The notes: generated from the letters alone by a model not told the origin. 64,000 bases of DNA from Candidatus Bathyarchaeota archaeon (GCA_963739305.1 CAVTZU010000020.1:86043-150042), one strand, 5' to 3'. Counted from the stretch's first letter, positions 20,625-30,574 are shown. Numbers and translations are program-made.

Positions 20625-21989
20625 TTGTTTGGAAGAAAGAAACACCAAGACAAAAAAGAACCTCTGGGGCTAGTTACTGTTGAAGGCAAAAGCAGCCCTA
20701 GTTATCTCGTGGCCAGCAGCGACCAAGCAAGTGACTCTAGCAAGCTGTCAAGCATTCGAGGGCGTTTGGAAGCCGCGCATCTGATTGAGCAGTCTTCAAC
20801 GCTGAACCCGGCCTTGGCGGTGCCTCTCATAACTTCTGGCGCTGGAGGCTACACGTACCCGATTGACTTCTACGACTACAAAGATTACCTGGATATCTAT
20901 TATTACATTCCGTATGCGGCTCGAGCAGTCGATATCAAGCATTTCATGATTTGGCAGATGGGTTACGATCTCCAATGCGAAGACAAGGGCACGCTCGCAA
21001 GTGTTCAGAAGTTTCTTGCAGAAAAGGAGCTCGACGTTGTTCTCCGTGAAGGGAGCCTGTATGGGCTTATTTACGGGAACATGTATTGGCACTTGGAACC
21101 TGACGAGTCGCTGGTGCCATTGAACCCGGCGCGTGTCGGCGTCAAACTCTCGCCAGGAACGAATGAAGTCATTGAGTATCGTTATGAACCTGTCTTCGGG
21201 AAGGTTTTCAAGTTTAAGCCTGAGGAGGTTCTTCATTTGCGGTTGAATCCGGAGCCTTGGGGCACTTTCGGCGTAAGCTCTCTGAAACGGGTCCTGCCAA
21301 CTGTTAAGGCTCTTGTATTCATGGAGGAGAAGCTGCCGCTTATCGCTCGACGCCGTGCAGATCCTCTTCTTGCGATCCAGATCGGGGACAAGGATAACCC
21401 GGTTGACGAACAGAAGTTTAAGTCGATCAAAGGCGACATTATCAACAGGAATCCAGGTGAAGATATTTTCCACGACGGCCTCTTGAAGATTCAAGAGGTT
21501 TATCAGAGCGCGAGTGTCGGCGGCCGTCAAACTGTTGAACCGATTATTGATCATTTTGTACGAAACCTTGTCGCAGGCCTCGGGGTTCCTGAGCCGGCAT
21601 TAGGTTTTGGTGGTACGACGACGATGGCTACTGCTGAGTACCAGGAGCGCGTTCTCGAGGCTGAAACACGGAATTATCAGAGGATCCTGAAGAAGTTCTT
21701 TGAAGACGTGATCTTTCCTTTGGCAAAGGTTGCGAAGCCTGTTTCTTTGAATTGGAAGCCGTTGACTGAAGAGGACAAGGAGGCTTTGAGCAAGATGTTC
21801 CAGGGTGACATTGAGCATGGGATCGTTTCGCCTGAGTGGGCTCGGCAGCGGCTAGGATATCCGGAGGAAGCTGGGAAGGGCACGGTGATGAGTACGAGGC
21901 TTCAGGCCTGGGCTTTACCCACGATAGGTGAGCAACCGACGATTCCAACTACGAGCCCAGAAGCGAAGAAGAGGATGGAAGCGAAGTAG
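20625..21989 (+). CDS. Portal protein
   Basis: Follows TerL; YGNMYW, EEVLHLR...FGVSSL, AGLGVP, SPEWARQRLGY. Confidence 0.9.
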   Translation: MFGRKKHQDKKEPLGLVTVEGKSSPSYLVASSDQASDSSKLSSIRGRLEAAHLIEQSSTLNPALAVPLITSGAGGYTYPIDFYDYKDYLDIYYYIPYAARAVDIKHFMIWQMGYDLQCEDKGTLASVQKFLAEKELDVVLREGSLYGLIYGNMYWHLEPDESLVPLNPARVGVKLSPGTNEVIEYRYEPVFGKVFKFKPEEVLHLRLNPEPWGTFGVSSLKRVLPTVKALVFMEEKLPLIARRRADPLLAIQIGDKDNPVDEQKFKSIKGDIINRNPGEDIFHDGLLKIQEVYQSASVGGRQTVEPIIDHFVRNLVAGLGVPEPALGFGGTTTMATAEYQERVLEAETRNYQRILKKFFEDVIFPLAKVAKPVSLNWKPLTEEDKEALSKMFQGDIEHGIVSPEWARQRLGYPEEAGKGTVMSTRLQAWALPTIGEQPTIPTTSPEAKKRMEAK

Positions 21990-21999
21990 GCATATAAGA

Positions 22000-23262
22000 A
22001 TGGCTAGACACCCTGATTTTCAGAGGATATTCGATGCTTTCATGAAGCAATACTGTGAGGGCTCAGAATGCACCGAAGGAAAAGTAGCTTATCAGACTTG
22101 GCTCAGCAAAATCGGGCTAGACGAGACAAAGCCCTATCAGAGGCCGCAGGAGAAGTTTGCCTGGGCCAAAGACTACATTCAATTCGTCAAGGAAGACGAT
22201 AAAGCTAAGTACTTCAAAATCCGAGCCCTATTCCCTCTTACGAGCATGAACGATAACCTCTACACGCAACACGAGATCCTGACTGCAACGAAGACGTTGA
22301 TCGGTAAACCGACAGATCTGAACCATACTAGCGAGATCCTGCCGGAAGTCGAGACTGTTGACGCTGATTTCGAGGACAAGACGGTTGAGTGTATCGATAG
22401 GGTTCAGAAGGGCAGCAAAGCTCTGCAGCTCCTCGAGAGCGGCCAGATTATTCATGTGAGCGTTGAGGCTGATTGTCTCCGAGGTAGTGAGCCGACGCCG
22501 GAGGGGAATTTGTGCAGAGGGCTCATTTTCACCGGCAAGGCGTATCTGACGAAGGATGTGTTGCCTGGTGTGCCGTTGACGACGATTGAGCCTCTGGAGA
22601 AGATTGTTGAAGGTTTCAAGGTGACGAATTTGACACAAGAAAAAGGAAAAGAACAAGCACCGCCTGAAAAGACGGACCCGCAGAATCCAGAAGGCTTCGG
22701 TGATGCAAGCTTCCCTGACGACTGCTTTGCGTATGTCCCGGATAGTGCGAAGGGGCCTGACGGCAGAAAGAGCGATCGTAAGCTTCCGTATAAGAACAAG
22801 GATGGCACGGTAGATCTTGATCATGTTCGGAATGCGCTGGCTCGGCTTAATCAGACGCAGGGAATTTCGGATGCTGAAAAAGAGAAAATCAGGACTATGC
22901 TCCAGAATATTCTGAAGAAAGCGAATCTGGACTATAAGCCTGAAGCTATGGCTTACGATGAGTTCAGGGCTGAGCTCGACGCTGTGAAGCAACGTCTAGG
23001 AGATCTTGACGCTTTGAAGACTCAGATCCAGGTCTTATCGGACCAGATTGCGAAGCTTTCTGCTGAACCTGAGCCTCCCGAGCCCGAACAGAAGACGGAG
23101 AAGCTGAATGACCCGAAGCTTTGCCTGTGTGTGTTGACGAAGGAAGGTTTCTGGGCTCGTTTTCATCAGCTCCGCAGTGAAGGCCTGGACAAGAACGATG
23201 CGTTCAGGCTTGTCAGTCAAGAAGTCATCGCAGCGGTCGAGAAGAAAGCGCAAGGGCAGTAA
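22000..23262 (+). CDS. Prohead protease-scaffold fusion
   Basis: DLNH (His) and HVSVEA (Ser) resemble an HK97/assemblin-like protease; internal FAYVP...RKLPY...DHVRNALARLNQ domain; C-terminal coiled coil. Confidence 0.75.
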   Translation: MARHPDFQRIFDAFMKQYCEGSECTEGKVAYQTWLSKIGLDETKPYQRPQEKFAWAKDYIQFVKEDDKAKYFKIRALFPLTSMNDNLYTQHEILTATKTLIGKPTDLNHTSEILPEVETVDADFEDKTVECIDRVQKGSKALQLLESGQIIHVSVEADCLRGSEPTPEGNLCRGLIFTGKAYLTKDVLPGVPLTTIEPLEKIVEGFKVTNLTQEKGKEQAPPEKTDPQNPEGFGDASFPDDCFAYVPDSAKGPDGRKSDRKLPYKNKDGTVDLDHVRNALARLNQTQGISDAEKEKIRTMLQNILKKANLDYKPEAMAYDEFRAELDAVKQRLGDLDALKTQIQVLSDQIAKLSAEPEPPEPEQKTEKLNDPKLCLCVLTKEGFWARFHQLRSEGLDKNDAFRLVSQEVIAAVEKKAQGQ

Positions 23263-23375
23263 CCGGTTCTTTCGGTCTGTAGTTTTCAGTTGGCGGTGAG
23301 GCGACTCAGCCGACGTTCTTGGGTGAGCCCTTGAACGAAATGTTGGGAAGTGAACTTTCAAGGAGAATAGAATGA

Positions 23376-24482
23376 ATGGATGATAAACAAATTGCAGAAG
23401 CCTTCCAGGGTATGGATGGCAAAATCAAGAGCATAGACGAGAAAATCGCCCAAGGCACCAAGACGATAGATGACCGTTTGACAAAGGCCCTCGAGCAGAT
23501 CAGTGCGAAAGAGGATCTGGGTCCTTACCTGAATATGAGTGCTCGAGAGATCTACGCTGCTCAACAGAAACGAAGCATGATCGAGAAGCTGACGGCCTTC
23601 AGGTCAAGTGATCTCAGCAAGATGACGGTTAGAGAACTGTTGACAAGCACGTCCAGCATTGCCTTGCCGACGATGGTTCAGACCCGGGCGATCCTCGAGT
23701 TGACGGGCAACTGGATGGATGCTCGTGAGATCTGCATGCTCGTGGACGTTCCGAAGGGCTCAGGAAAAACCATTAACACCCAGGTTATCACAATGCCAGC
23801 TTACGACAGTTGGACAGAGGGCTCAGCTCTCACTGCTGCAGATCCGACGCTAACGACGAGAAGCATCACGCTTGCGCCCTTCGGCAAAGTCACTCAGATC
23901 TCAGATTTGCTTGCGAACACTTCAGCAGTCAACTTTGTTGATATGCTTGGCCAAGTGCACGGCGCATGCGTTCGCCAGGGCATATTCAGCAAGGTGTTGA
24001 CCGCGATTTCTGCGGGCGCTGGCGGAACGATAAGCGCAGGTTCGGGATCAACCCTCACGTTCACTGACGTAAGAAGTGCAATCAATACAGTAGCAAACGC
24101 AGGTGTCTCTCCACCTGATTTCATCGTGACATCGCCTACGAACGCTTGGACAGCGTTCAGCACAAGTGACGCTATGACGCAGTACTATGGTGCACTGAAT
24201 GATATCATGAGAAGCGGCCAGGGCAAAGTTATCCATAATGTCTTGGGTCTTGACTGGTACTTGGATCCCTATTGGGATACTCTGTTTCCCGCTTCACTAA
24301 AGAGACTTGCTTACGTTGGATGCAAAGGATTGAGCGCGGTTTGGGCAGCCCTTCAGACTGAGCCCCAGGTGGAAATCTATCGTCTCCCAACGGCACTGGC
24401 AAACTATGTGATCACGCACATCGACGGCGGCGCCATCGTTGGCTCTGCAAATAGCATCTGCAAAATAACATACGCAAGCTAG
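23376..24482 (+). CDS. Major capsid protein (HK97-like, N-terminal coiled-coil delta-like region)
   Basis: Position after the protease; WTEGSALTAADPT, ISDLL, PDFIVTSP, VLGL; strong AGGAG RBS. Confidence 0.8.
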   Translation: MDDKQIAEAFQGMDGKIKSIDEKIAQGTKTIDDRLTKALEQISAKEDLGPYLNMSAREIYAAQQKRSMIEKLTAFRSSDLSKMTVRELLTSTSSIALPTMVQTRAILELTGNWMDAREICMLVDVPKGSGKTINTQVITMPAYDSWTEGSALTAADPTLTTRSITLAPFGKVTQISDLLANTSAVNFVDMLGQVHGACVRQGIFSKVLTAISAGAGGTISAGSGSTLTFTDVRSAINTVANAGVSPPDFIVTSPTNAWTAFSTSDAMTQYYGALNDIMRSGQGKVIHNVLGLDWYLDPYWDTLFPASLKRLAYVGCKGLSAVWAALQTEPQVEIYRLPTALANYVITHIDGGAIVGSANSICKITYAS

Positions 24483-24556
24483 GCAACATTTTCGGTTCTA
24501 TGCGTCTTTTTCCCTTTTTTCTTAGTCTAATCGAATCGTGTAGGAGAAGGCAGAAA

Positions 24557-24748
24557 GTGTTTGATTTACGAGGGTTAAGTCGAGCTCAACTCTTAGCTTT
24601 GGCTCATGGCTTAACTGTCGTGTTCAATCTCACAGAGAATTATGTTATTGCTCTGAACGATAAGGGCGAAACGTTCGCGGTTTACAGTCTCCCGGAAGGG
24701 AAAGCCCGGGACGAGGTCCTGGCTGCAGAAGCTTTTCGGTGCTCCTGA
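24557..24748 (+). CDS. Small hypothetical protein
   Basis: GTG after AGGAG; co-directional within the cluster. Confidence 0.5.
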   Translation: MFDLRGLSRAQLLALAHGLTVVFNLTENYVIALNDKGETFAVYSLPEGKARDEVLAAEAFRCS

Positions 24749-24752
24749 ATGT

Positions 24753-24992
24753 GTGAATCTCTGCGGCTACGGTCTCTTACGGCGTCACTTGACTTGCGGC
24801 GTCTGCAGGTTCAAGCTTATCAAGGAGGGCAAGTTGCCTCCTGTCGTCCCGGTGACCGTGTATTTCTTGGCGATGGGGAAGGACCGTAGGTTTGAGAAGC
24901 TTCAGGGTTGGCTTGGTAAGAAGCTGCTGGCGCTCGTGGAGTATGTTGAGTTGAAGGGAGAGCAGCAACGTCGCAGGACCTCAAAGAGCTAA
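24753..24992 (+). CDS. Small hypothetical protein (CxxC)
   Basis: 79 aa ORF, LTCGVC. Confidence 0.45.
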   Translation: MNLCGYGLLRRHLTCGVCRFKLIKEGKLPPVVPVTVYFLAMGKDRRFEKLQGWLGKKLLALVEYVELKGEQQRRRTSKS

Positions 24993-25095
24993 GCAAGATT
25001 CTCTGTCGGGCCTGCGGGATCCGGTCCTATGAGGAATGCAGGAGCTGCAGGGCTCACATCTTGGTTAATCGTTTACTGAATCAAAGTGACAGAAG

Positions 25096-27351
25096 ATGAG
25101 TGCAGAAAAGAGTCAGCCGATCTTCAACCTGAATTTCAGTCAGTTCTTCACTGGAAAGTACGGTTGGATCAAAGCAACTATCATGATTGTTTTGATTCTG
25201 GTGGCTGCGGGTTGGGCTGCTGAGCGAGGCGTCAATGTCTCAGTTAATCTAGCTTTAGAAGCCCGGGTTTCAGCGATCGAGAACACCTTGAACGTTCCTG
25301 TGAACAGCAGTCTATCAGCCTTCAGGAAGGGTGATAGTTACGTCGTGAGCCTTGTCGATTCTTACGCGTGTCTGCAGAATGGTAGTAACGGAGGCCTCCG
25401 AGAATACAGTCTAAGTCATTCAGCGATTATTCAGGATGCGCTCAATAACGCCTCTATTTCTGGTGGGAGCGTCTATGTCGCTGAGGGACCCTATTCTGCT
25501 TCTGTTACTCTTAAAAACAACACTCGTTTGATTATCGATCAGGGCGCCACTGGCATCACGGTTGCAGGTGTCGACGTCGGCGCCAACTCTATCCTCGATG
25601 ATTTCAACACTGGAGTTTTCAAGTATTACAGCAGTGGCTCGATCAAAACTGTTTTTGATTATGCTTCTGGAAACCTCTTAACAGCCTCAGCGAATTTGAC
25701 GACTCTTTATGTTGGAGCAATTGATCCGCTTGGGACCAGCTACGTTTCTATCTATAAGCTTGTGGTTGAGAACGGAACGGGTTATCCAGGTTCGCCCCAG
25801 GTTGGCCAACTTTTCTATAGGACAGATCTCCACACGCTTTCTTACTGGAACAGCACAGATTGGGTCGGATGCGGGGGCGGGGGAGGCGGGCCTGACGACG
25901 ATAGTATCTATCTGCTTTCTGCTTCTGCAACTAACTTTCTCTTTCAGAATGGAACGCGAGCCTTGACTGGTGACTGGAATGCTGGAGCTTACGGGATCTA
26001 TGGTTTCACATGGGTGAACAGCACTTCATTGAGTGCGACGAATTATTATTTAGGAAACTCGCAACTCGGATTCATTCAGCACGAGAGTTTCTTGATTGAT
26101 GCATTAGGCGGCTACACGCGAGCATGGTATGGAGCGAACAGCACATTTGCGTTTCAAAATACAGACGCAACCAAAACATTTCAATGGGCAGAAGGTAACT
26201 CGACAAATGGCGGTAAGATTACCGTATCCCCTGGAAGCTACAACGTTTCCACTATTACAGTTTCGCATAGGGCAATCTGGTTCTGCGGCCAATCCGAGGC
26301 CAACGCGCCCGTTGGCGGTTTTAATGGTGAGGGGACAGTTCTCAATCTAGCGAACGGCACTAACAGTAATATGTTCAACGTTAGTGCTCCAAGCGCAGCT
26401 TTCTTTGAAATTTCAAACATGAAACTTAACGGAAACGCTCAAAATAACACAGCCAACGGAAATGGAATCTGGATCAACGACACATGTACTGATGGTTACA
26501 TCCACGACCTTTGGATTGATGATTTCTCAAACAACGGTATCAGGATTGAGCCCTCAGGTGAAATATGGGGAATCCGAATCATTAACTGTGACATAGAACA
26601 TAATCTTTGGCACGGAATAGACCTGGAAGGGACTGCGATAAGCAGAAGCATACTAATTCAGGGCAACTATATTCACAGCAACTCTCTTAATGGCATCTAT
26701 GAAGGCGTTCAGTACGTTAACTCTTTGACGGTTAGCCTGAACACGATCAGGTACAACAATAACAATGGCATCTACTTGAAATACGCCCATAACTTCCTCC
26801 TAGAAGAGAACCAGATCCATGACAACAAAGCCGGATACAGCGGCATCAAACTTGAAGGTTCCTCTGCTAATCACTGTGAAAACGGAACGATAATCGGCAA
26901 CGACATAAACAACATCGCACTCGGAGGCTCTAATGGCCAGGATTACGGAATCCTCTTTCTGAATGCCTACGTTGACTACATCACCGTTGGTCCTAACAAC
27001 CTCCGAGGCAACAGAGTCTCAGCAATAAGCATTTCATATACGTACAACTATCATGGAAACATTCAAAACAACATGGGCTACAATCCGATTGGGTACATTG
27101 CTTCGCCAATAAACTCAACTAGCTATGACATCGTCAATTCAGGGGCAAACTCAACGTGGACTAACAATACTGTCTACACGAACACGCAATCGCCCAAAAA
27201 CCTCTATGTAAATGGTGGGACAATATTAGCGATCTCAGTCGACAGTCAGGTCCTCTTTACGGCAACAAGTGTGATGGTTCACCTTGAAGTCGGTGACACT
27301 TTTAACGCGACGTGGTCAGTGGCTCCAACGATAGTTGCGATCGGCGAATGA
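25096..27351 (+). CDS. Beta-helix (pectate-lyase-like) spike/fibre protein with N-terminal TM segment
   Basis: IMIVLILVAAGWAA hydrophobic N-terminus; IQDALNNA...VYVAEG; GSPQVGQLFYRTD and NGTRALTGDW fibre-like motifs; C-terminal Asn-rich beta-helix. Confidence 0.75.
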   Translation: MSAEKSQPIFNLNFSQFFTGKYGWIKATIMIVLILVAAGWAAERGVNVSVNLALEARVSAIENTLNVPVNSSLSAFRKGDSYVVSLVDSYACLQNGSNGGLREYSLSHSAIIQDALNNASISGGSVYVAEGPYSASVTLKNNTRLIIDQGATGITVAGVDVGANSILDDFNTGVFKYYSSGSIKTVFDYASGNLLTASANLTTLYVGAIDPLGTSYVSIYKLVVENGTGYPGSPQVGQLFYRTDLHTLSYWNSTDWVGCGGGGGGPDDDSIYLLSASATNFLFQNGTRALTGDWNAGAYGIYGFTWVNSTSLSATNYYLGNSQLGFIQHESFLIDALGGYTRAWYGANSTFAFQNTDATKTFQWAEGNSTNGGKITVSPGSYNVSTITVSHRAIWFCGQSEANAPVGGFNGEGTVLNLANGTNSNMFNVSAPSAAFFEISNMKLNGNAQNNTANGNGIWINDTCTDGYIHDLWIDDFSNNGIRIEPSGEIWGIRIINCDIEHNLWHGIDLEGTAISRSILIQGNYIHSNSLNGIYEGVQYVNSLTVSLNTIRYNNNNGIYLKYAHNFLLEENQIHDNKAGYSGIKLEGSSANHCENGTIIGNDINNIALGGSNGQDYGILFLNAYVDYITVGPNNLRGNRVSAISISYTYNYHGNIQNNMGYNPIGYIASPINSTSYDIVNSGANSTWTNNTVYTNTQSPKNLYVNGGTILAISVDSQVLFTATSVMVHLEVGDTFNATWSVAPTIVAIGE

Positions 27352-27371
27352 AAGGGAGAAAGTGATTCTCT

Positions 27372-28307
27372 TTGTCGACTGCAATAACTGAAACGAAGAC
27401 TGGAACAGCGACGATTACTGCTGGGTCGACGTCTGTTACGGTTCTTCATGGGCTTGCTGGCGCCCCAGCTCTCGGTGACATTAGCCTTACGCCGCAGGAT
27501 GATCTTGGCGGTAGAGGCTACTGGCCTTCTAACCCAACGGGCACATCGTTCACCATTAACATTAGCTTCCTGGATCCTTCTGTCAACCATTCCTTTTCTT
27601 GGATGATTAGCTACAGCACGACGATCACAGGGGGAGGCGGCGGTTCAGGCCCATCCGGCACTTACTGCACGACTGACGATGTTAAGGCCTTCAGCATAAT
27701 CTCCTATACGGACCTCGGCTATGCGTCTGACGCTGCCTTCGTGACGTTCTTGAATAGCTTGATCGCTTATGCCGGCGCCCAGATCGATGAGTTTTGTCGG
27801 CTGCCAGAGGGTTTCTTCAATGCTGGCGGCTACTCTGTTACGGCAGAGATGTACGATTACAAGTTTCCGTACACGCAGCTCTATGTTTTTCCGCTTTATC
27901 GGCTACCGCCTGTGAGCCTGCGATATCAACCTGTCGTGTCTGTCTCGAAAGTTGAGTACAACACTCAAGGATACGGCTTAAGCCCTAACTGGGTTGAAAT
28001 CGTTCTTCCTGGCTACATCTTTGACCCAATCGCCTGCACGGTTACGATTGTCTTGAAGATGCCTGCTATGGCGCAGTTGAGCATTCGCGTTACTTACATA
28101 GCTGGGTACGCGGCGGTTCCAGACATCGTAAGGTACATTTGCGCGCAGCTCTGCTCTAATATCCTCCATGAGATTCTTCAGAGGAAGCTTAGCCCGCAGG
28201 TGACGCCGGGAAACGTCGTTATGAGGATTGTTACGCCTGCGGCCTTCACCCCGGATCTCCAGGATGGCTTGAAGCATTTCGTGCGCAGATTCATCGGAGT
28301 CGGCTAA
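27372..28307 (+). CDS. Head-tail adaptor (gp6/gp15-like) with extra N-terminal beta domain
   Basis: YCTTDDVKAF, IDEFC, PVVSVSKV, RVTYIAGYAAVPDIV after a Gly-rich linker. Confidence 0.8.
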   Translation: MSTAITETKTGTATITAGSTSVTVLHGLAGAPALGDISLTPQDDLGGRGYWPSNPTGTSFTINISFLDPSVNHSFSWMISYSTTITGGGGGSGPSGTYCTTDDVKAFSIISYTDLGYASDAAFVTFLNSLIAYAGAQIDEFCRLPEGFFNAGGYSVTAEMYDYKFPYTQLYVFPLYRLPPVSLRYQPVVSVSKVEYNTQGYGLSPNWVEIVLPGYIFDPIACTVTIVLKMPAMAQLSIRVTYIAGYAAVPDIVRYICAQLCSNILHEILQRKLSPQVTPGNVVMRIVTPAAFTPDLQDGLKHFVRRFIGVG

Positions 28308-28309
28308 TA

Positions 28310-28744
28310 GTGCAGTTTCAGGTCCGGGTGCAGCAGCGCGGCCTCGACATTAAGATCTTCGCGGATAGATTACAAAATGAAACTCTCCCAGGGCTCGTTG
28401 AGGCAGCCATTGATTACGCATATGCTGACATGATGAGTCGGGCGCCCGTTCGAACTGGGCGTCTCCTGGGAAGCATCCAGAAGCAAAGTGCCGGCCTCAG
28501 CGGATCCGTCGGTCCAACAGTGCCGTATGCCGTGTATGTTGAGTATGGTACCATGCCTCATGAGATCCGCCCGGTATTCGCAAGTGTGTTGGCTTTTGAG
28601 GTTGGCGGCAAGATGGTTTTCACGCCGATTGTGCATCATCCGGGCACGAGGCCTAACCCGTTTATCGAGGCTACAGCTGAGGATGTGAAGGCGAAGATTC
28701 CTGAGTTGTGGCAAGAACTTTTCCAGGAGGCAACGCAACAATGA
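28310..28744 (+). CDS. HK97 gp10-like neck/tail completion protein
   Basis: APVRTGRLLGSI, YAVYVEYGT, HPGTRPNPF. Confidence 0.85.
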   Translation: MQFQVRVQQRGLDIKIFADRLQNETLPGLVEAAIDYAYADMMSRAPVRTGRLLGSIQKQSAGLSGSVGPTVPYAVYVEYGTMPHEIRPVFASVLAFEVGGKMVFTPIVHHPGTRPNPFIEATAEDVKAKIPELWQELFQEATQQ

Positions 28745-29163
28745 CTAGGTATTACGATTCCTACAAGGCCGTTTTCGATGCGGTGAAAACTGATCTTGGA
28801 ACTGTCTCTTCCCTGAAGAACGTGGTTCTAGGGGAACACTTCAGGATGACAGATCTGCCTATGGCCGTCGTGAATCCTGAGCACACTGATATCAAACAGG
28901 GTGCGTTCGGCTCGTTGCTTGAGAACAGAATCAACTTTGCTGTTATTCTTATGATTCGGGAGACTGAGCCGGCTAACTGGTTTACGGATATCCTCGCGCC
29001 TATGGGAGACGTGATGGACAAGATCCTTACTGACAGGAGCCTTGGAGGAACAGTCAAGGATACGACGCCGACGCTTTTCAGTCCGGGAGAGATCAAGACG
29101 GGTGGCAAGCTGTATTATGGCGGCGTCTTACGGTTTCAGGCCCTGCTGCATTTCACGCCGTAG
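28741..29163 (+). CDS. Tail terminator protein
   Basis: Position; DLPMAVV, ILTDRSLGGTV typical of gpU/gp17-like terminators. Confidence 0.65.
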   Translation: MTRYYDSYKAVFDAVKTDLGTVSSLKNVVLGEHFRMTDLPMAVVNPEHTDIKQGAFGSLLENRINFAVILMIRETEPANWFTDILAPMGDVMDKILTDRSLGGTVKDTTPTLFSPGEIKTGGKLYYGGVLRFQALLHFTP

Positions 29164-29177
29164 GGGTCGCGACCCCT

Positions 29178-29727
29178 ATGCGGTCTGAGTTGAAGCTTCA
29201 CTTCTTCAAGAAGCTCGTTAACCTGGGCATGCGCTTCCTGGACAGGATCGTCCCGGATTCGAATCCGGCTTATCCTCAGACGAAAATGGTAGAAGATGTG
29301 TTCAAGCGATCTCTTCCGCGTCTATGAGCTTGAAGTTTACCAGGGCATGTATGACGACGTGCCTTGCCAAACAATTCTAGGGCTTAAGGACCGCAACTTT
29401 CAGCATTTCCTTTCTGTCACCCGGAAACTCTTGCTCTTCGTAGGCGAGAACGATAGATATTACCGGGCTTGGATCGGTCTTGCGTTCAAGCTCGCAAAGG
29501 AAGAATACGAACGCGCAGGCCTCCAGCTCACACAAGACGAGTTCATTAGAAGTTACCTGGAACAGTGGGAGCTGAAGTTTCCGAGAGTGCATCCAGGCTA
29601 TTTCGAGTCTAACCGTTCAGAGTTTCTTGATATGATGTTGGCATCGTATTTGCCAAACTTGTTGCGAAAGAAGATCACTATGCGTGGTCTTCCGCAAGGC
29701 AAGGAACAGAAAGAAATTGGAGGATGA
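29178..29727 (+). CDS. Hypothetical protein, frameshift near 29310
   Basis: MRSELKLHFF...VFKR continues as LFRVYELEVY in the adjacent frame. Confidence 0.55.
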
Positions 29728-29733
29728 TGGAAA

Positions 29734-30132
29734 ACGGTCAATACAAGTCCTGTCCTGGGAAGGAACGCAAGCATCAACATAGGTGGCGTTGAAGTCGGCT
29801 ATATCAAGGGCATAACCTTGGACATTGACGCCGCAATCATCAAAGACTACAAATTCACAAGCGACACACCTGCGGTCCTGGAAAGCGGAAACAAATCGTA
29901 CAAGTTCACTTTCGACAAGATGTACATCGACGGAACATACGCGAACGACGTCATCAACGGCACAAAGGTCACGATACTTCTGGGGCCTGCGAACAGCACG
30001 CCGACTGGCCAGCCGAAGTACACGTTATCCAACGCGCTCATTTTCAAGAGTAGTTTCAAGGCTGACCAGGGCGGGATCATTATGGAGCACGGTGAAGGCG
30101 AAGCCTTAACACTGACTATCGGAGCGTATTAG
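29734..30132 (+). CDS. Major tail tube protein
   Basis: The frame extends upstream of the called TTG (VNTSPVLGRNASINIGGVEVGYIKGITLD); beta-rich; precedes chaperone and TMP. Start is either ACG or an ATG displaced by an indel. Confidence 0.7.
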   Translation, partial: TVNTSPVLGRNASINIGGVEVGYIKGITLDIDAAIIKDYKFTSDTPAVLESGNKSYKFTFDKMYIDGTYANDVINGTKVTILLGPANSTPTGQPKYTLSNALIFKSSFKADQGGIIMEHGEGEALTLTIGAY

Positions 30133-30154
30133 ACCCTCTTTTTTTGGGGTTGGC

Positions 30155-30574
30155 ATGATGAGTGGGAAGGAAGGCGCGGCAGCCAGAGGCAAACGCATCC
30201 TTGATAGGATAGACGCTCAAGAAAGGGAAACGGCGAAGAAATTCGATCCTGCAAAGCTCATCGAGGATTCTGCGAGGATTCTGACTGTTCAGGACCCGGT
30301 CCTTGGAGAAATCAAATATACAGTATTGACGACGCAGGACATGTTTGAAATAAGCGAATGCACAACTGCTGTTGAACGAACCAAGCAAACAATGTTTCGC
30401 CTTCTCCATAAAGCATATCCAAAATTAAAGAGCCCAGACGACATTTTGAAATTGCCGGCGCAGACAGTCGTGAGGCTCGGCGAGATCTTGGACGGATCTG
30501 ACAATTTTTTCCAGATACCGAAGCTGTCCAAACCTGGCTCAACGCAAACAAAGACGCCCAATACATCGGCTTGA
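30155..30574 (+). CDS. Tail assembly chaperone (gpG-like)
   Basis: Between tube and TMP; contains the T TTT TTC slippery heptamer at 30505-30511. Confidence 0.75.
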   Translation: MMSGKEGAAARGKRILDRIDAQERETAKKFDPAKLIEDSARILTVQDPVLGEIKYTVLTTQDMFEISECTTAVERTKQTMFRLLHKAYPKLKSPDDILKLPAQTVVRLGEILDGSDNFFQIPKLSKPGSTQTKTPNTSA

